Source: Malacoraja senta
Taxonomy: Eukaryota
Reading direction: 5' to 3'
Length of the DNA: 64,000 bases
Assembly: GCA_038087875.1 (NCBI GenBank)
Contig: CM075996.1
Span: 10,418,001 to 10,482,000, forward strand
The notes under the pieces were generated by a model. That model was not told the DNA's origin and did not search any database. It saw only the letters and a program-made list of their open reading frames with translations. The position numbers were made by a program, and so were the translations under genes. Positions 1 to 13,328 of the stretch are shown here, in pieces. The first letter of the stretch is position 1, and every line of letters begins with the position of its first letter.

Positions 1-720
1 ATCCCAGGAATCAGTCTGGTGAACCATCTCTGTACTCCCTCTATGGCAAGAATGCCTCCTAGCATCCTCCTCACAGCTAACACTGTCCCCCAGCTTCGTG
101 TCATCCACAAACTTGGAGATGTTGCATTCAATTCCCTCATCCAGATCATTAATATATAGTGTAAATAGCTTGGGTCCCAGCACTGAGCCTTGCGGTACCC
201 CACTAGTCACTGCCTGCCATTCTGAAAAGGACCCGTTTACTCCTACTCTTTGCTTCCTGTTTGCCAGCCAGTTCTCTATCCACATCAATACTGAACCCCC
301 AATACCATGTGCTTTAAGTTTGCATACTAATCTCTTATGTGGGACCTTGTCGAAAGCCTTCTGAAAGTCCAGATATAACACATCCACTGGTTCTCCCTTA
401 TCCACTCTACTAGTTACATCCTCGAAAAATTCTATAAGATTCGTCAGACATGATTTACCTTTCATAAATCCATGCTGACTTTGTCCAATGAATTGAACAC
501 TTTCCAAATGTGCTGCTATCTCATCTTTAATAACTGACTGGCATTTTCCCCACTACCGATGTTAGACTAACTGGTCTGTAATTCCCCGTTTTTTCTCTCC
601 CTCCCTTTTTAAAAAGTGGGGTTACATTAGCTACCCTCCAATCCTCAGGAACTACTCCAGAATCTAAAGAGTTTTGAAAAATTATCATTAGTGCATCCTC
701 TATTTCTGGGGCTACTGGGA
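1..720 (-). mobile_element. CR1-type LINE, degraded ORF2 (RT) fragments
   Basis: Minus ORF 527-742 reads PEDWRVANVTPLFKKGGREKTGNYRPVSLTSVVGK. The same strand encodes DFQKAFDKVPH and [11 protein letters not shown]. Confidence 0.9.
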
Positions 721-932
721 CTTCTGGATCGTTGGATGGCATGGACTCTGGGCCAAAGGGCTTGTTTCCGTGCTGTATCTCTAAACTAAAACAAAACTAA
801 ATATTAATTTATCATAATACTGCTGTTCCTGGCAGTTATCGCTGCCTCAAAGAAAAGTTATGCTTAAGTTACTTAACTGTATATGGACCTGTCAGCAACA
901 CCAAACTGCCTCTGAAGTTCAAAGTCGTAGGT

Positions 933-1200
933 TGGCACGGTAGCACCGCGGTAGAGTTGCTGCCTTACAGCGCGGGAGACCAGAGTTTGATCCTGACTTC
1001 GGGTGCTGTCTGTACAGAGCTGACCACTTGGGTTTTCTCCGGATGCTCCAGTTTCCTCCCACGCTCCAAAGACGTACAGGTTTGTAGGCTAATTGGCTTT
1101 GGTATAATTGTAAATAGTCCCTAGTATGTGTAGGATAGTGTTAATGTGTGAGGATCGCCGGTGGGCCACAGGGTCTGTTTCCGCGATGTATCTCCAAACT
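933..1200 (+). mobile_element. tRNA-derived SINE (HE1/V-SINE-like)
   Basis: Head GGCACGGTAGC..GGTAGAGTTGCTGCCTTACAGC, box-B-like GTTTGATCC, core GGTTTCCTCCCAC-like motif and CR1-like tail. Same family recurs at 7285, 7590, 29800, 49855, 51695, 55260, 62535 and 63690. Confidence 0.8.
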
Positions 1201-1419
1201 GATCTGCTTGTGGAATGGATGTTTGTGCAAGGACCTCTGTCTTTTAACAAATTATTTTCCTGTCTCCATCATAAGAGTAGAGAATGTGTAATGTTTGGAA
1301 TTGGATTGTTCATACAAAGCCTTCTGGTTATTTAATATTGCACCTCATTCATCCAAATGCTTGTTGCCCAATGCCTCAGTGTTGAGATCCAGCAGTAAAA
1401 TGAGTCTGTTCTCCTTCAG

Positions 1420-1467
1420 GATCAGCCCCCACCGTATACACCAGCAGAGGAGAAGAAGAACAAGTGA
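1420..1467 (+). CDS. WBP2NL: Probable terminal coding exon of a WBP2/WBP2NL gene (DQPPPYTPAEEKKNK*)
   Basis: Acceptor ctgttctccttcag at 1406-1419, then a PPPY (PPxY) motif and an E-K-K-N-like C-terminus matching the vertebrate WBP2/WBP2NL ending, followed by long unique UTR-like sequence. WBP2NL is preferred over WBP2 because WBP2NL and SUN2 both lie on human 22q13 (inference). Confidence 0.6.
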   Translation, partial: DQPPPYTPAEEKKNK

Positions 1468-2269
1468 AACACTCTGAAGTTGCGATTCTTCCAACCGTTT
1501 GTGAATTGTTTACTTTCTAAAAAAAAAAGTGTGTTGTTAGAAGCTGCATTTTTATTAGACTTGAGCCAGTCCATAATCTCTTTCCACATTGTATCGTCCA
1601 GCTACAGAACTGAGTCTCGGACTGCAGGCTTCTGGTTGTGTCTGTGCACAGATATCTTGTGCATTGAAGTGGGTGAGGTGGCCAGAACATGACACCATTG
1701 TACGCCGTCTCTTTCCTCATCCTTGTCGTCTTTTCTACTTTCCTTGCCTCTGCCTGAAGTAATCTGCCTCCAAACTTCATTGACCTCCGTACATTGTCAA
1801 GCGAATGTTGGAAAGAAATTAACTAAATTGCTCCAATTGAGCCAAGCCTGTCTAGGTCCTGCAGGATCTACTCCATCAGGAATTCGGACCAGCCCAGGGG
1901 TGAAAAAATTAGCCTGATGTCACCAATGGCCAGTTGGAAGCATTGTGCTGGTTGGTGCTGCAGCTGTCTAGACCCTGAAGGCAGTGAGACTTAATGAATA
2001 ACATCCTTTAATGCCAAGATGCTGCTTGTAAATATGACAATATACAATTATACCAGAAACGTATCGAATTATTGAAATTTTTTCACATAATGCAAACAGA
2101 AACACGTTCCCACAAGATGACAATACTGGATTGTGATCCATTTGAAATAAGATTAAAATCACAGTGATCATAATTGCCCATTTTACAGAACGTTATCACT
2201 AGGCATTAGGGTTTTAAGATATAGAAAGTTTTAAGTATTCAAATTCTTTATTTAAAATTTTCTATATGA

Positions 2270-2275
2270 AATAAA
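2270..2275 (+). promoter_or_regulatory. Candidate poly(A) signal for the WBP2NL-like gene
   Basis: AATAAA in AT-rich sequence 800 nt after the stop. Alternative distal pair at 7196-7201 and 7217-7222. Confidence 0.3.
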
Positions 2276-4881
2276 AGACTTCTTATGGCTGAGATTAAAT
2301 TATACGACTATTGCTTGGAATTTACCAAGAAATATTTTGACAGCTTGGCAGAAAGGGATTGGAGAAATTCCTTCTTAACATTTGTCTGTGCAATTTTGCT
2401 ACAAAGAGTTTATTGGCATTTCTTACAGAGAAAGATCAGATCAGATTAACTTATTTCAAATTTGCTGCACTGGTAAAGTTCACAAAGTTACCACCGGACA
2501 ATGTGAATTACTATTGGTGGGAATATGAGCTTCAGCAGTTCAACCTCTGGCACTGTATCAAAGAATATACTTTCATTAAACATTAACCCAAAGCCTTTTC
2601 GCATTTCATCATTTTATATTGACCCCACCATAATTGAAGTCTGACGTTCATGTTCCACTCAGTGAGGTGAATGGGTCGAGAGGAAGCACTGAGACTCATG
2701 TAGGGTTATGAAAACATAATCTTTCCCTGCTGGAAACAATGTGCACAAGATCCATTGTTGCATGGCTGGGTCTTGTTTATGTTTCTAAAGCCTTGTGTCC
2801 TTCAGTAATACTGCTTGCTTACTTAGTGTCACAGTGTGGAAACAGACCCAACTTGCCCACACCGGCCAACATGTCTCAGCTACACTAGTCCCAGCTGGCT
2901 GCACTTGGCCCCTGTCCCTCCCAACGTGCCCTATCCATGTACTTATTTTGTCTGATTATTTTTAAGAGTGATGAGCAGTGTTGGTGTTGGTTTGCTCTGG
3001 GGGCGGGGGGGGGGGGGGGGATCATTAATGCATCCTCTATTTATCAACTTGTTAGTGGTGGGATTGGCATTGATGATGAACTGGGCCCTAACCACATTTC
3101 TTCAAGGAGACCTGCATCTTCCAACTGACCCACAATAGCATGTTAGGAAGGGGAATAGCTGTGTACCTACTGATTCTCCCTGTGCCTCGGTGGCCTTATG
3201 ACTGGAGCTTTACACCAGGGCATAGACACCATGTGAAGCATTGTAGAAAGCTGCATGGAACAAGCTGCTGGGTGCAGGGTAATGGAGCTGCCTCCTTTTA
3301 TCTCATTACACCACACAGTAGGTAAGTCAATGGATTTTTTTTATTTGGGATTATCTTCTCAATGGAGAATACTTTGGTGAAAACATTACAAATTTTCCAT
3401 AACCAGTCTCTGCAAAATAACAACGTGACGCCAGTAATGGGCTCCCCTCGTGCCCAGACTTACATAGAAAACTTCAGGGCTGTTTTAATGCATTGACTTC
3501 TATTGTTGGGAGAGGGATCTCTACACCTGCATGATATTGAGGCCTCCTGCCAAAGCATAAACCCTGCTTGTCCAGACTGTGCTGGCGGCCAACTATAGAC
3601 CAACCCATTGGAATTGGCAACAAATCAAATGATTACCCCAGAACTTTAATCAGTCTGGACTGCTTTATTTCCCTGTCATGTTCATAAATGATAGCAGCAG
3701 AGTTAGGCCATTTGGCCCATCAGGTCTATTCTGCCATTCAATCATGGCTGATCTATCTCTTCCTCCTAACCCCATTCTCTGCCTTAAAAATATCAATTGA
3801 CGGCCTCCACTGCCCCTGGACGAAAGAAATTCCTCCTCATCTGTCTACAGTTCCACTCCACTTCATAGGCAGCATGGTGACCAGTTGCCGCCACAGCTTG
3901 CAGTTGTGTGTGTAGGAGAGTAAAGGGACACAAGGAGGGAGTTAGCTGTGGAGTAGACAGAGGATGAGGACTCGACTCAGCTCATTAGTAATACTGTGTT
4001 TTCCAGAACAAAATGCTTTATGAAAATTAATGTCGCTATTTTTCACTCCTGGAAACCTTTGTACCATTATCCGTGCATGTGGTAACTGAAGGTAAAGCAG
4101 AGGCCCCTAGTGTGGTCTTTGCCTTTCCTCCACTGACTGCTGACTGACTTCTTCGAAGTAGTGTCCTTTCATGGTATAGCATGTTCTTAAACTTGATTTT
4201 TATATATATGGAAATCACTTAGCGTGACTTTTTATCAATGAAAAGATTGATGTTTATACTTTCTACTGATGGGGATGAAATAATACACAAAGTGACGGAG
4301 CAAATGATTGTAGTGGTGTCACTGGGTAAGGGCAGCATTGTTTTTGGCCCACTGGACCCATACTAATGTTGATATCATTCTGTGAATAAAGATAGACTAA
4401 ATTAATAAGAAAATGGAGTTGTTTGAGGAACTTCAGTATGATTGTTGCTAAACTTTATTATTGCAAAGCATCAAGCTAAATCATAAACAAGTGTAATACT
4501 GACAGTTAAGTGCTTGCTTTGGTACGGAGCTAGGAAGAAGTAATTTAATGGTTTTTTTTTAAAGCAAAATGAATAGATTAGTTTTAGTAGCGACATGATG
4601 TCCTGGTATTTTAACAAGTCTTGGTTATTAGTCTCCCACCTAAATCCAGTAGCTTCTCTGACTAATAGTGGTACCGGCCACACCTCTAATTTAAATACTT
4701 GTAGCTGGAGAACCAGTTAAAGCACCTCCATGTCCTTCTGCAAAGTCCTATTGGCAAGTGGTCTTGGCCACATATATTCCAACCAGTCCAACAAGCCATG
4801 GAATAACGATGCATCTATTTTTGCTGGATGGCAGAGAAGAATTCTGCTCCCTACCAGGATTTGCAACCATTGCAGCTAGAC

Positions 4882-5813
4882 CAGGAGTGGGGAAGCTTTT
4901 CATGTCGGAATGGCGCATTAAGCTAGCTGTAATCTAATAAGGCCGCATCCAGGAAACTTCAATTAGATATTGAAGTTTCAAAATGTACATTATTTTGTAA
5001 AAATCTAACTACTATGTACTAACTTCAAGAAAATGAAAAACATTTGTTAATTCTAAAGTTAAGTAACCTTTTAATGACTTTGTTGTGACTGCTTTTTGTG
5101 GGAAAGCATTTGAATATTTGGTTGCAACATGGAGGTACGCAGTTTCAGCTGATCTTCTAGATGGGCATCCGTCATTTGTGACCTTAAGGGCGTCTTGATT
5201 TGGGTTAGGTAGGAGAATGTAGATTCGCAGCAATAAGTGGTTGAAAAGCAAGAAAGCATTTTCCGTGCATGTTGCCGAAGAGGTGGGTATTCTATTGCAT
5301 TTTTACATATTTCAATCGGATCTTTCTCAGCGTCAAATAAGGACTTTAAAATGTCATCTTCTGAGAGCTCAATCAATTCCATCTGTAGTTCTTTAGGAGC
5401 CTTGGAGACATCAACTAGGTGAGGTTGAAATGCTAATGCGAGTGTGATGTCATGATTCTCAGTCGGTGAACCTTTCATTGTATTCTTTAATTAATAAGTC
5501 TACAACAGCTGCATATTCTTCAAATGATTCGCATGAATCCTCCTGCTCATCAATGACCTTCGCTAACTGGGGGAAATGTTCATCCAAAATTTCATTTTGA
5601 AGAAGATGAGTTTTGAAAAAAGATAGCTTTTTTCAAAATGCTTGGATTTTTTGCCAGATATATATAAACTTAGTTTTACCTTGCAAAGAAACATTCAAGT
5701 CATTTTGCTTTGACATATCACACAGAAATGCAGTATTTCTATAGAAAATTTGGATTCATTCAAAAGGTCACACTTAATGGCCTAGAAGACCGCACGCAGG
5801 CTCCCCACCCCTG
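4882..5813 (-). mobile_element. Internally deleted hAT (Charlie/SPIN-like) DNA transposon
   Basis: TIRs CAGGAGTGGGGAAGCT / AGGCTCCCCACCCCTG and 8-bp TSD AGCTAGAC/AGCTAGAT. ORF 5071-5478 encodes the hAT dimerization motif FSTTYCCESTFS..IKT.LRS..TDAHL..QSH. Confidence 0.9.
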
Positions 5814-6007
5814 AGCTAGATGTTAGTAGGTAGAGCAGTCATTTAAAATGTAGCAGCGTACAATGAATTCATAGATTTATAGTTCTTCATAAAGATCTCA
5901 TCGCTTGTAAAGGAGTTATTGGTTTAAAGGACCTGCCTTTAGCTATGGTTTATCAAAAGGAAGTGAAGACTTTCCTTGCAAGCGTTTGTTGCAAGTAACA
6001 ATATAAC

Positions 6008-6180
6008 AAGACGCAAAAAGCTGCGTAACTCAGCGGGACAGGCAGCATCTCTGGAGAGACCCTTCTTCACCCGAAACATCACCCGCTCCCTCTCTCCAGA
6101 GATGCTGCCTGTCCCGCTGAGTTACTCCAGCTTTTTGTGTCTATCTTCGGTTTAAACCAGCATCTGCAGTTCCTTCCTGC
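6008..6180. mobile_element. Short palindromic Penelope-type insert
   Basis: Inverted arms (AACTCAGCGGGACAGGCAGCATCTCTGGAGAGA and its reverse complement). Flanking direct repeat ACAATATAACA. Confidence 0.7.
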
Positions 6181-7284
6181 ACAATATAACAGGAGATTTG
6201 CACGAGCTGCCTCACCGAGTCTCTCTACACTGGTTCCGTAGTGGATTTTGTGATCATTGCCGTATTGAGGTCATTATTGTCGGCCCGAGACTCAGGATAA
6301 ACCAGAAACTGATCGCGGTGCCCCAAACCACAGGAACCTCTGAGTTGCCCAAGTGACTCTCAGACCAACATGTGTGTCGATGGGACTTTCTGGGGAATTG
6401 TTTAAAAATTGTCCCAGCAATGGGACAATTAAACCAAACAACCTGCCTACAAATAGGGGTATTCCAGCAGCTATATGGACAGTCTTGCACATTATTTGCT
6501 TCCTATAATTAATGTCTCCCAAATTGCAGTCCTAACCACAATATTTTTGAGTGCAGATACACAGTGAGGTTGCAGAAGAAAAAAATGATGAGAGTTTTTA
6601 GCACGTCCCTTCATTGAAAATAATTATTTAGAAATGTTAAAATGGTGTGTAAAAATATAATGTAAAATAGTGAATGATATTGTAGGAGAGGAAAAGTATT
6701 CTAGAAAATTCAGTTTAGTTCATAGCTGAGTGAAACTTCCGGAATGCGGGATAGTCCCTAGCTTCCTTCCTTATCTTACTTGAAGTGCAGAGTTTCTTTC
6801 TGTCAAAGTTTGGTAGGAAGCTCCTTGATTATTTTTTCAGTGCTGATTTTTATTGAAGTTGGCCAGTTTATTTGACTTGATTTTTTGCTTTTGGCCATCC
6901 GTTGACGAATGCAGTGGGATGAACGAGTATTAGTCATGATGAATTAGGGCAAGACCATGGAGTATACATACGCATCAGAAACAAGTGCCTGTTGAGATGC
7001 AACGCAAGGTGTGGCAGCTTTAAAGCAACCTGCTTCCATTGAGGAAAGATGGCCAATGTAATAAAATCCCAGAGAATAACAATGCATTGCTCTCTATTTA
7101 ATCTGTACTTTTGTATTAACTGGAGAATTGAGTGACCTGCTAGATTTCTATAAATGAATGTTTACTCATTGTGAATAATTCTGTATGTATGCTTCAATAA
7201 AGCTTTACAACTTGTTAATAAATGCTTTCATAAGCAGATAAACAAACCCCTTTGTGTGGTGTGAGCAGCGCTGTCTTTGGGAAA

Positions 7285-7490
7285 CGAGTTTAGTTTAGTC
7301 TGGAGATACAGCGCGGAAACAGGCCCATCTGCTCACCGAGTCCGCGCCGACCAGCGATCCTTGCACACTGACACCATCCTACACACTAGGGACATTTGAT
7401 AATTCTTACAGTAGCCAATTAATCTACAAACTTGTACGTCTCTGGAGGGGGGAAACCAGAGCTCCCGGAGAACGCGGTCACGGGGAGAAT
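7285..7490 (-). mobile_element. HE1-like SINE, partial
   Basis: Reverse complement of the SINE 3' half, with a (TAAAC)n tail at 7288-7300. Confidence 0.75.
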
Positions 7491-7589
7491 TTGTTTCCCT
7501 CCTCCCTCACGGCAGTCCCCTCGGGCCAAGTCCACCTTTGTTCTCTCCCACTCCCTCTCCCGTCCTCCGACTACCACGTGGCATGTCCC

Positions 7590-8720
7590 AGTTCAGAGAT
7601 ACAGCGCGGAAACAGGCCCTTCGGTCCATTGAGACCAGTGGCGGAAATCTCGGGGTGCCAGGGGGGACACGTCCCCCCTCTTTTGAGAGGTGGGGAACGA
7701 CCCCCCCCCCCTCCCCAATTTTTTGTAATCCGGATTTTAAAACCCTGTGAAATCTCCGCTTTCCGCTAGACTGGGGGTGGGATTGCTGGTCAAGGGTGCC
7801 GATTGGACGAGAGAGACGTCGGTCAGCAGGCAATGGGGGCGGGACATGATGATTGAGTGCAGTGATTGGAGGAGGGAGACGTGCCCAGGTCATAGGGTCA
7901 CAATGGCAGCCCTGGACACAGACCTGTGCCTCATCCGCAGCCAGGATCGATCTCGGCTGGCTCTCCGGCACTGCAATCGCTGCCGAACCTCCACCGAACC
8001 ATCCCTGTCCCCACCCAAGTGCTCCTCCTCGCCCGGGGGTGGCCAGATACGTCGGGAGTCAGACGGGAGCTGCGCCCCAGGCCCACAGCCAGCGCAGAGA
8101 GGCAGCACCAAACCCAACTCAACTCTGCCTGTCCCGCCGGGTTAATCTACAGCCCTGCCTGGACTTAAGGGAAATATGGCCCAGGCTTACAGCCTGTGCA
8201 GAGAAGCAGCGCTAGCTCCACGGCTCCGAACTGGTATTCCGTCAGTCCAGGCAGGGCTGTAGGTTAACCCGGCAAGATAGGCAGAGTTGAGCTGCATTTA
8301 GCACTGGATTGAGCTTGAATTACCGTTCACAGGGCCAACAGAAGCCTCCGAAGCCTCGCGTGTGTGTGTGTGTGTGTGAGTGCGCATGCGCGCGCGGCCG
8401 CCAAGAAATTGTGTCCACCCTGTCCCCCGGTCCCCTCCATATTTTGATAGCGATTTCCGTCACTGACCGAGACCGTGCTGACTAACGATCGCTGCACACT
8501 AACACTATCCTACACACACCTGGGACAATTTACAGTTATTACCAAAGCCAATTAATCTACAAACATGTACTCCTTTGGAGTGTGGGAGGAAACAAGATCT
8601 CGGAGAAAACCTACGCGGTCACATGGAGAATGTAGAAACTCCGTACAGGCAGCACCCGTAGTCGGGATGGAACCCGGGTCTCTGGCGCTGCATTTGCTGT
8701 AAGGCAGCAACTCTACCGCT
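7590..8720 (-). mobile_element. HE1-like SINE split by a DNA-transposon insertion
   Basis: SINE sequence at 7590-7635 resumes at 8466 and ends in GCAGCAACTCTACCGCTGCG at ~8720. Confidence 0.75.
7636..8465. mobile_element. Non-autonomous hAT-type element
   Basis: TIRs CAGTGGCGGAAATC / GATTTCCGTCACTG and 8-bp TSD ATTGAGAC/ACCGAGAC. Internal ~50-bp inverted repeat (8115-8165 vs 8244-8294) and a (GT)n run at 8360. Confidence 0.8.
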
Positions 8721-10199
8721 GCGCTGCAACACTGGAAGGTGGGGAATGTTTTCCTCGTGGAGAACGTGGAGCAGGTTGGTCGGGCTGAGCATTAATCAGA
8801 GGTGTGTCTCCCCCTCACTGCCTCACCACCCCGTCACCTCCGTCTCCTTGTATATACGTTGATGCCGAGGGCTGGGCGGGTGGCTATTCTCCGACTGTCT
8901 TTATCAGAGAAGAGTTGAGCACAAGAGTAAAGAGGTTTTACACGTCCTGTGCAGTTTCAGTGCCCTTTGTCCAACATGAAGAAGGACGTACTTGTCACAG
9001 AGGGAGTGGAGCAAAGATTCACTGGACTGGCCCCGTGTTTGGTGGGTTTACCCTTTGGTTCTAGATTGAGAAGACCTGGCCTGAATTCTCATGTATGTGA
9101 GAGAATGGAGTGTGGTAAATATGGAGTGCAAATGTCAAGGACTAGAGGGCATTGCTTGAAAGTGAGAGGGGAAAAGTTGAAAGGAGATGTGTGTGGCGTG
9201 TTTTTTTTCACGGGGCAGTGGGGGCCTGAAATACACTAGTGGTGGAGGCAGATACGAGGGAGGCGTTCAGATACGCACATGTATGGAGGGATATGAATCG
9301 TGCAGGCAGAGGAGACTTGGCTTTGTGTTCAGCACAGACATTGGGGGCTGAAGGGCCTGTTCCAATGCTGCATTCTATCATCATTTGATAATTGTGCGTA
9401 CACACATCCGAGTGGGAATTAAATGCGGTGGTGAGAACAAAAACTCTAAATTGAAAAGGGCAGGACCAAGCTTTAAATATTCCTGGTTACAAAGTTTTTA
9501 GGATGGACTGGGAAAGGAAACACAAGAGGGCTTAGACAAGTCACCAGGACCCCATGGACTGCACACTAGGATCTTCAAGGAAGTGGCGGCAGGGGGAGTG
9601 GATACATTGAAGATTTTCACAACTCACTAGAAACCTGATCAGTTGAGAAGTCAGATCGCTCTGGGGAAGATGCAGTTCTTAAGTCTTGAAATCCGGGTTT
9701 TCAACCTGTATCTTCTTCCAAAAGGTAAATGAGAGAAAAGGAAATGGCCAGGCCTCCATGATTATACTTCTATCCTTCCTGATGCAATGCACCATGAATA
9801 CAGACTGGATGGAAGGAAGTGAGGAGCCTGTGATGGACTGGGCTGTGTTCACCACTCTGTGCAGGTTCAGGCAGTCAGGAGCCGAGCAGTGGCCATATAA
9901 GGTCGTGATGCATCTCAGAAGGTTCTCAACCCAAACATCACTTATCTACGTTCTCCAGAGATCCTGGCTGACCCGCTGAGTTACTCCAGCACTTTGTGTC
10001 CTTTTGTGCATTAACCAGCATCTGCAGTTCCCTGTTTCTGCCATCAGAACAAGTTCTCCAGTGCATTCAAGTGAATTCTTGTGAACTTGTCCAATCTTCT
10101 CAGACACCAAAGAAAGAAAATACACTGATGTCCCAACAGAAACACGGTTGAGGGAGGGACAGGACTGGCAGCTTAATGTTCAGGGTAACAGTATTGTGC

Positions 10200-10635
10200 T
10201 ACTTAGAGTATTGTGTGCTGTTTTGGTCTCCTAATTTGAGGAAGGCCATTCTTGCCATTGAGGGAGTGCAGCATAGGTTCACCTGGTTAATTCCCGAGAT
10301 ACCTGGACTGACATATGAAAGAATGGGTCGACTGGGCTTGTGTTCACTGGAAGGATGAGGGGGGATCGTATGGATTGGACAGGCTAGATGCAGAAAAAAT
10401 ATTCCCCATGTTGGGGGAGTCCAGAACCAAGGGTCGTAGTTTAAGAATAAGGGGTAGGCCATATAGGACTCAGGTGGGGAAAAACATTTTCACCAAGAGA
10501 GTTGTGAATCTGTGGAATTCTCTGCCACAGAAGGCAGTGGAGGCCAATTCACTGGTTGTTTTCAAGAGAGAGTTAGATTTAGCTCTTAGGGCTAACAGAA
10601 TCAAGGGATATGGGGTAGAAGCAGGAACAGGGTTT
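10200..10635 (+). mobile_element. CR1 LINE 3' fragment
   Basis: LEYCVLFWSPNLRK..AIEGVQ and RVVNLWNSLPQKAVEA..FKRELD. Confidence 0.9.
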
Positions 10636-11184
10636 AATCTTTATTTATCAGGATTATGTTTATTAACAATATAGAATAAGAAGAAATGGGATAGAATTAC
10701 AGATTTTCCTTATATACAGCATCAAAGTAGCGGGACACCAAAGTGGACACTTACTGAAGAATCACTCAGCACTTGTCCACAAAGTCCTATATTGGGGCAA
10801 GGCAGATTGAGATGGTGTTGGACGGGAACTTGCAAAGGTTGAGTGGGAAGTCTAAAGAAGTGTTTCAATGCAAAACGTCACCCATTCCTTCTCTCCAGAG
10901 ATGCTACAGCATTTTGTGTCCACCTTCGATTTAAACCAGCATCTGCAATTCTTTCTACACATTTTGATTGGGAGAGTGTTTGCAGGTAAAGGGACTTCTG
11001 GCAAGTGGAAGGCTTTGAAAGTGAGAAAGGGGTGTTCAAGGCCAGCATATTCCTGTTAGAGTGAAGGGCATGGTGGCTAGATTATGGAACCCTGGCTGAC
11101 GAGGGATATTTGGCCACTGGTTGCGAAAAAGGAGGCATATATCAGAGATCAAACAAATCGTACCTCGAGGAGCAGGAGATGTAG

Positions 11185-11700
11185 GAATGTGAGCAATTTT
11201 GGGCCCCATACCTGAGGAAGGATGTGCTGGATCTGGAGAGGGTCCAGAGGAATGATTCCAGGAATGAGTGGGTTAACATATGATGAGCGTTTGACGGCAC
11301 TGGGCCTGTACTCGCTAGAGTTTAGAAGGTTGAGGGGAACCTCATTGAAACTTGCAGAATAGTGAAAGGCATAGATAGAGTGGATGTAGAAAGGGTGTTT
11401 CCACTGGTGGGAGAGTCCAGGACCAGAGGACATAGCCTCAGAATGAAAGGGCGCTCTTTTAGAAAGGTTGTGAGGAGGAACTTCTTTAGTAAGCGAGTAG
11501 TTAATCTGTGGAACTAATTTGTGGAGGCCAAGTCAGTGGATATTTTTAAGGCAGAGATAGACAAATTCTTGAGCAGAACAGGTGTCAAGGGTTATGGGGA
11601 GAAGGCAGGAAAATGGGATTAGGAGGCAGAGATCAGCCATGATTGAATGGTGGAGTAGACTCGATGGGGCGAATGGCCTAATTCTACTCCTATAACGTGA
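11185..11700 (+). mobile_element. CR1 LINE 3' fragment
   Basis: Encodes QFWAPYLRKDVL / LGLYSLEFRRLRG and carries the CR1 3' UTR. More degraded CR1 pieces flank it. Confidence 0.85.
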
Positions 11701-12356
11701 ACTTAAGAGGGCAAAAAGAGGGTAGATAGATTTAGCAGGAGAGGTTTAAGAGAATCAATACGTTTTTTAAGAGCAAACGGGTAACAAGGAAAAGAATAGG
11801 TCCCCTGCAGCGTCAACGTGGTTCTGATGTGTAGCCACAGGAGATGGGTATGGAGTTAAATGAATATTTATTTTCTGTATTTACCATTGAGAACATCATG
11901 GAATCTAAGGAATTGAGGGAAATTAAGAATGAGGTATTAAGAACATATTCACATCACAACAGAGGAGGTGCTCGTGTATTGAGGTGAATAAATCCCCTGG
12001 ACCTAACCAAGTGTATCAGAGGACATTGGGTGAAGCTGGGGAAGACGTTGCAGGGGGCTCAGCAGAGGCAGAGATGTTGGCTGGATGACGTCTGTTTTGG
12101 GAGTCTGAACAACAAGGCATGTTGGTGAATTACATTTGCTGCTCTTGGGTACACCGGGGAACAAACTGTAGGCTTATGGCAAGCTGGACAACGATGCCAG
12201 ATGAGGAGGTCTTCCAGAGAATGGAGGTCAAAAATGTCCCAGATAGAACAATGAAATTCTTACTTGCAGCAGCATAACAAAGTATGTAAACATAGAACAC
12301 TGTAAACAATATAATAAACAAGGAAAAAAAAGTTCAGTGTGTGTATAAGATCATAA

Positions 12357-12523
12357 TTGTGCAGGAAAGAACTGCAGATGCTGGTTTAAATCGAAGCCAG
12401 ACACAAAATGCTGGAGTAACTCAGTAGGACAGGCAGCATCTCTGGAGAGAAGGAATGGGTGACGTTTCGGGTCGAGACCCTTCTGAATCAGTCTGAAGAA
12501 GGGTCTTGACCCGAAACGTCACC
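12357..12523. mobile_element. Short Penelope-type insert with hammerhead core
   Basis: TSD ATAAGATCATAA (12345-12356, 12524-12535). Ends in CTGAAGAAGGGTCTTGACCCGAAACGTCACC, with an inverted copy at ~12457-12485. Confidence 0.75.
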
Positions 12524-12719
12524 ATAAGATCATAAATGATAGGAGCAGATTTAGGCCATTCAGCCCATCAAATCTACTCCACCATTCCATCATGGCTAAT
12601 CTATCGCTTCCTGCTAACCCCATTCTCCTACCTTCTCCCCATAACTTCTGACACCCGTACTAATCAGGAATCTATCTCTGCCTTAAATATATTCACTTAT
12701 TGATATATTCACTGACTTT

Positions 12720-12965
12720 ATAGGAATCTGAGGGGTAACTTTTTCCACACAAAGGGTGGTGGGTGTATGGAACGAGCTGCCAGAGGAGGTAGTTGAGGCA
12801 GGGACTATGCCAACGTACAAGAAACAGTTAGACAGGTACATGGATAGGACAGGTTTGGAGGGATATGGACCAAGTGCAAGCAGGTGGGACGAGCGTAGCT
12901 GGGACATGTTGGCCATTGTGGGCAAGTTGGGCCGAAGAGCCTGTTTCCACGCTGTATCACTCTAT
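12720..12965 (+). mobile_element. CR1 LINE 3' end
   Basis: VVGVWNELPEEVVEAGT...LDRYMDR..LEGYG. Confidence 0.85.
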
Positions 12966-13241
12966 AGGAGGTGGGCTCAATGTGCCGACTGGTCTCACTG
13001 CAATGACTCCCCACAATTCTACATTTTACTCTTTACAGAGTTCCTCGTTAGCACAGCCAAGGTTAATCCCACTTTACATCAACAGATCCAAAACACAAAG
13101 TACTGGAGGAACTCAGCGGCTTTCCATCTGTGGAGGGAAAGGGCAGACGATTTTTTGGGTCAAGACACTTTATTCGAGAGGCACAGCATAGAAATAAGCC
13201 CTTTGGCCCATCAAGTCCACGTCGACCATCGGTTCACACTG

Positions 13242-13328
13242 AAGAAGGGTTTCGGCCCGAAACGTTACCTATTTCCTTCGCTCCATAGATGCTGCTGCAC
13301 CCGCTGAGTTTCTCCAGCATTTTTGTGT
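13242..13328 (+). mobile_element. Single-arm Penelope-type insert with hammerhead core
   Basis: Flanking direct repeat ACCATCGGTTCACACTG (13225-13241, 13329-13345). Sequence (CTG)AAGAAGGGTTTCGGCCCGAAACGTT...CAGCATTTTTGTGT. Confidence 0.75.

Noticed and set aside
933..1010. tRNA gene
   Set aside because: The tRNA-like head continues into a SINE body that is repeated many times in the window.
7432..8215. Cluster of overlapping GC-rich ORFs
   Set aside because: Lies within a SINE and a non-autonomous hAT element, with no recognisable domain.
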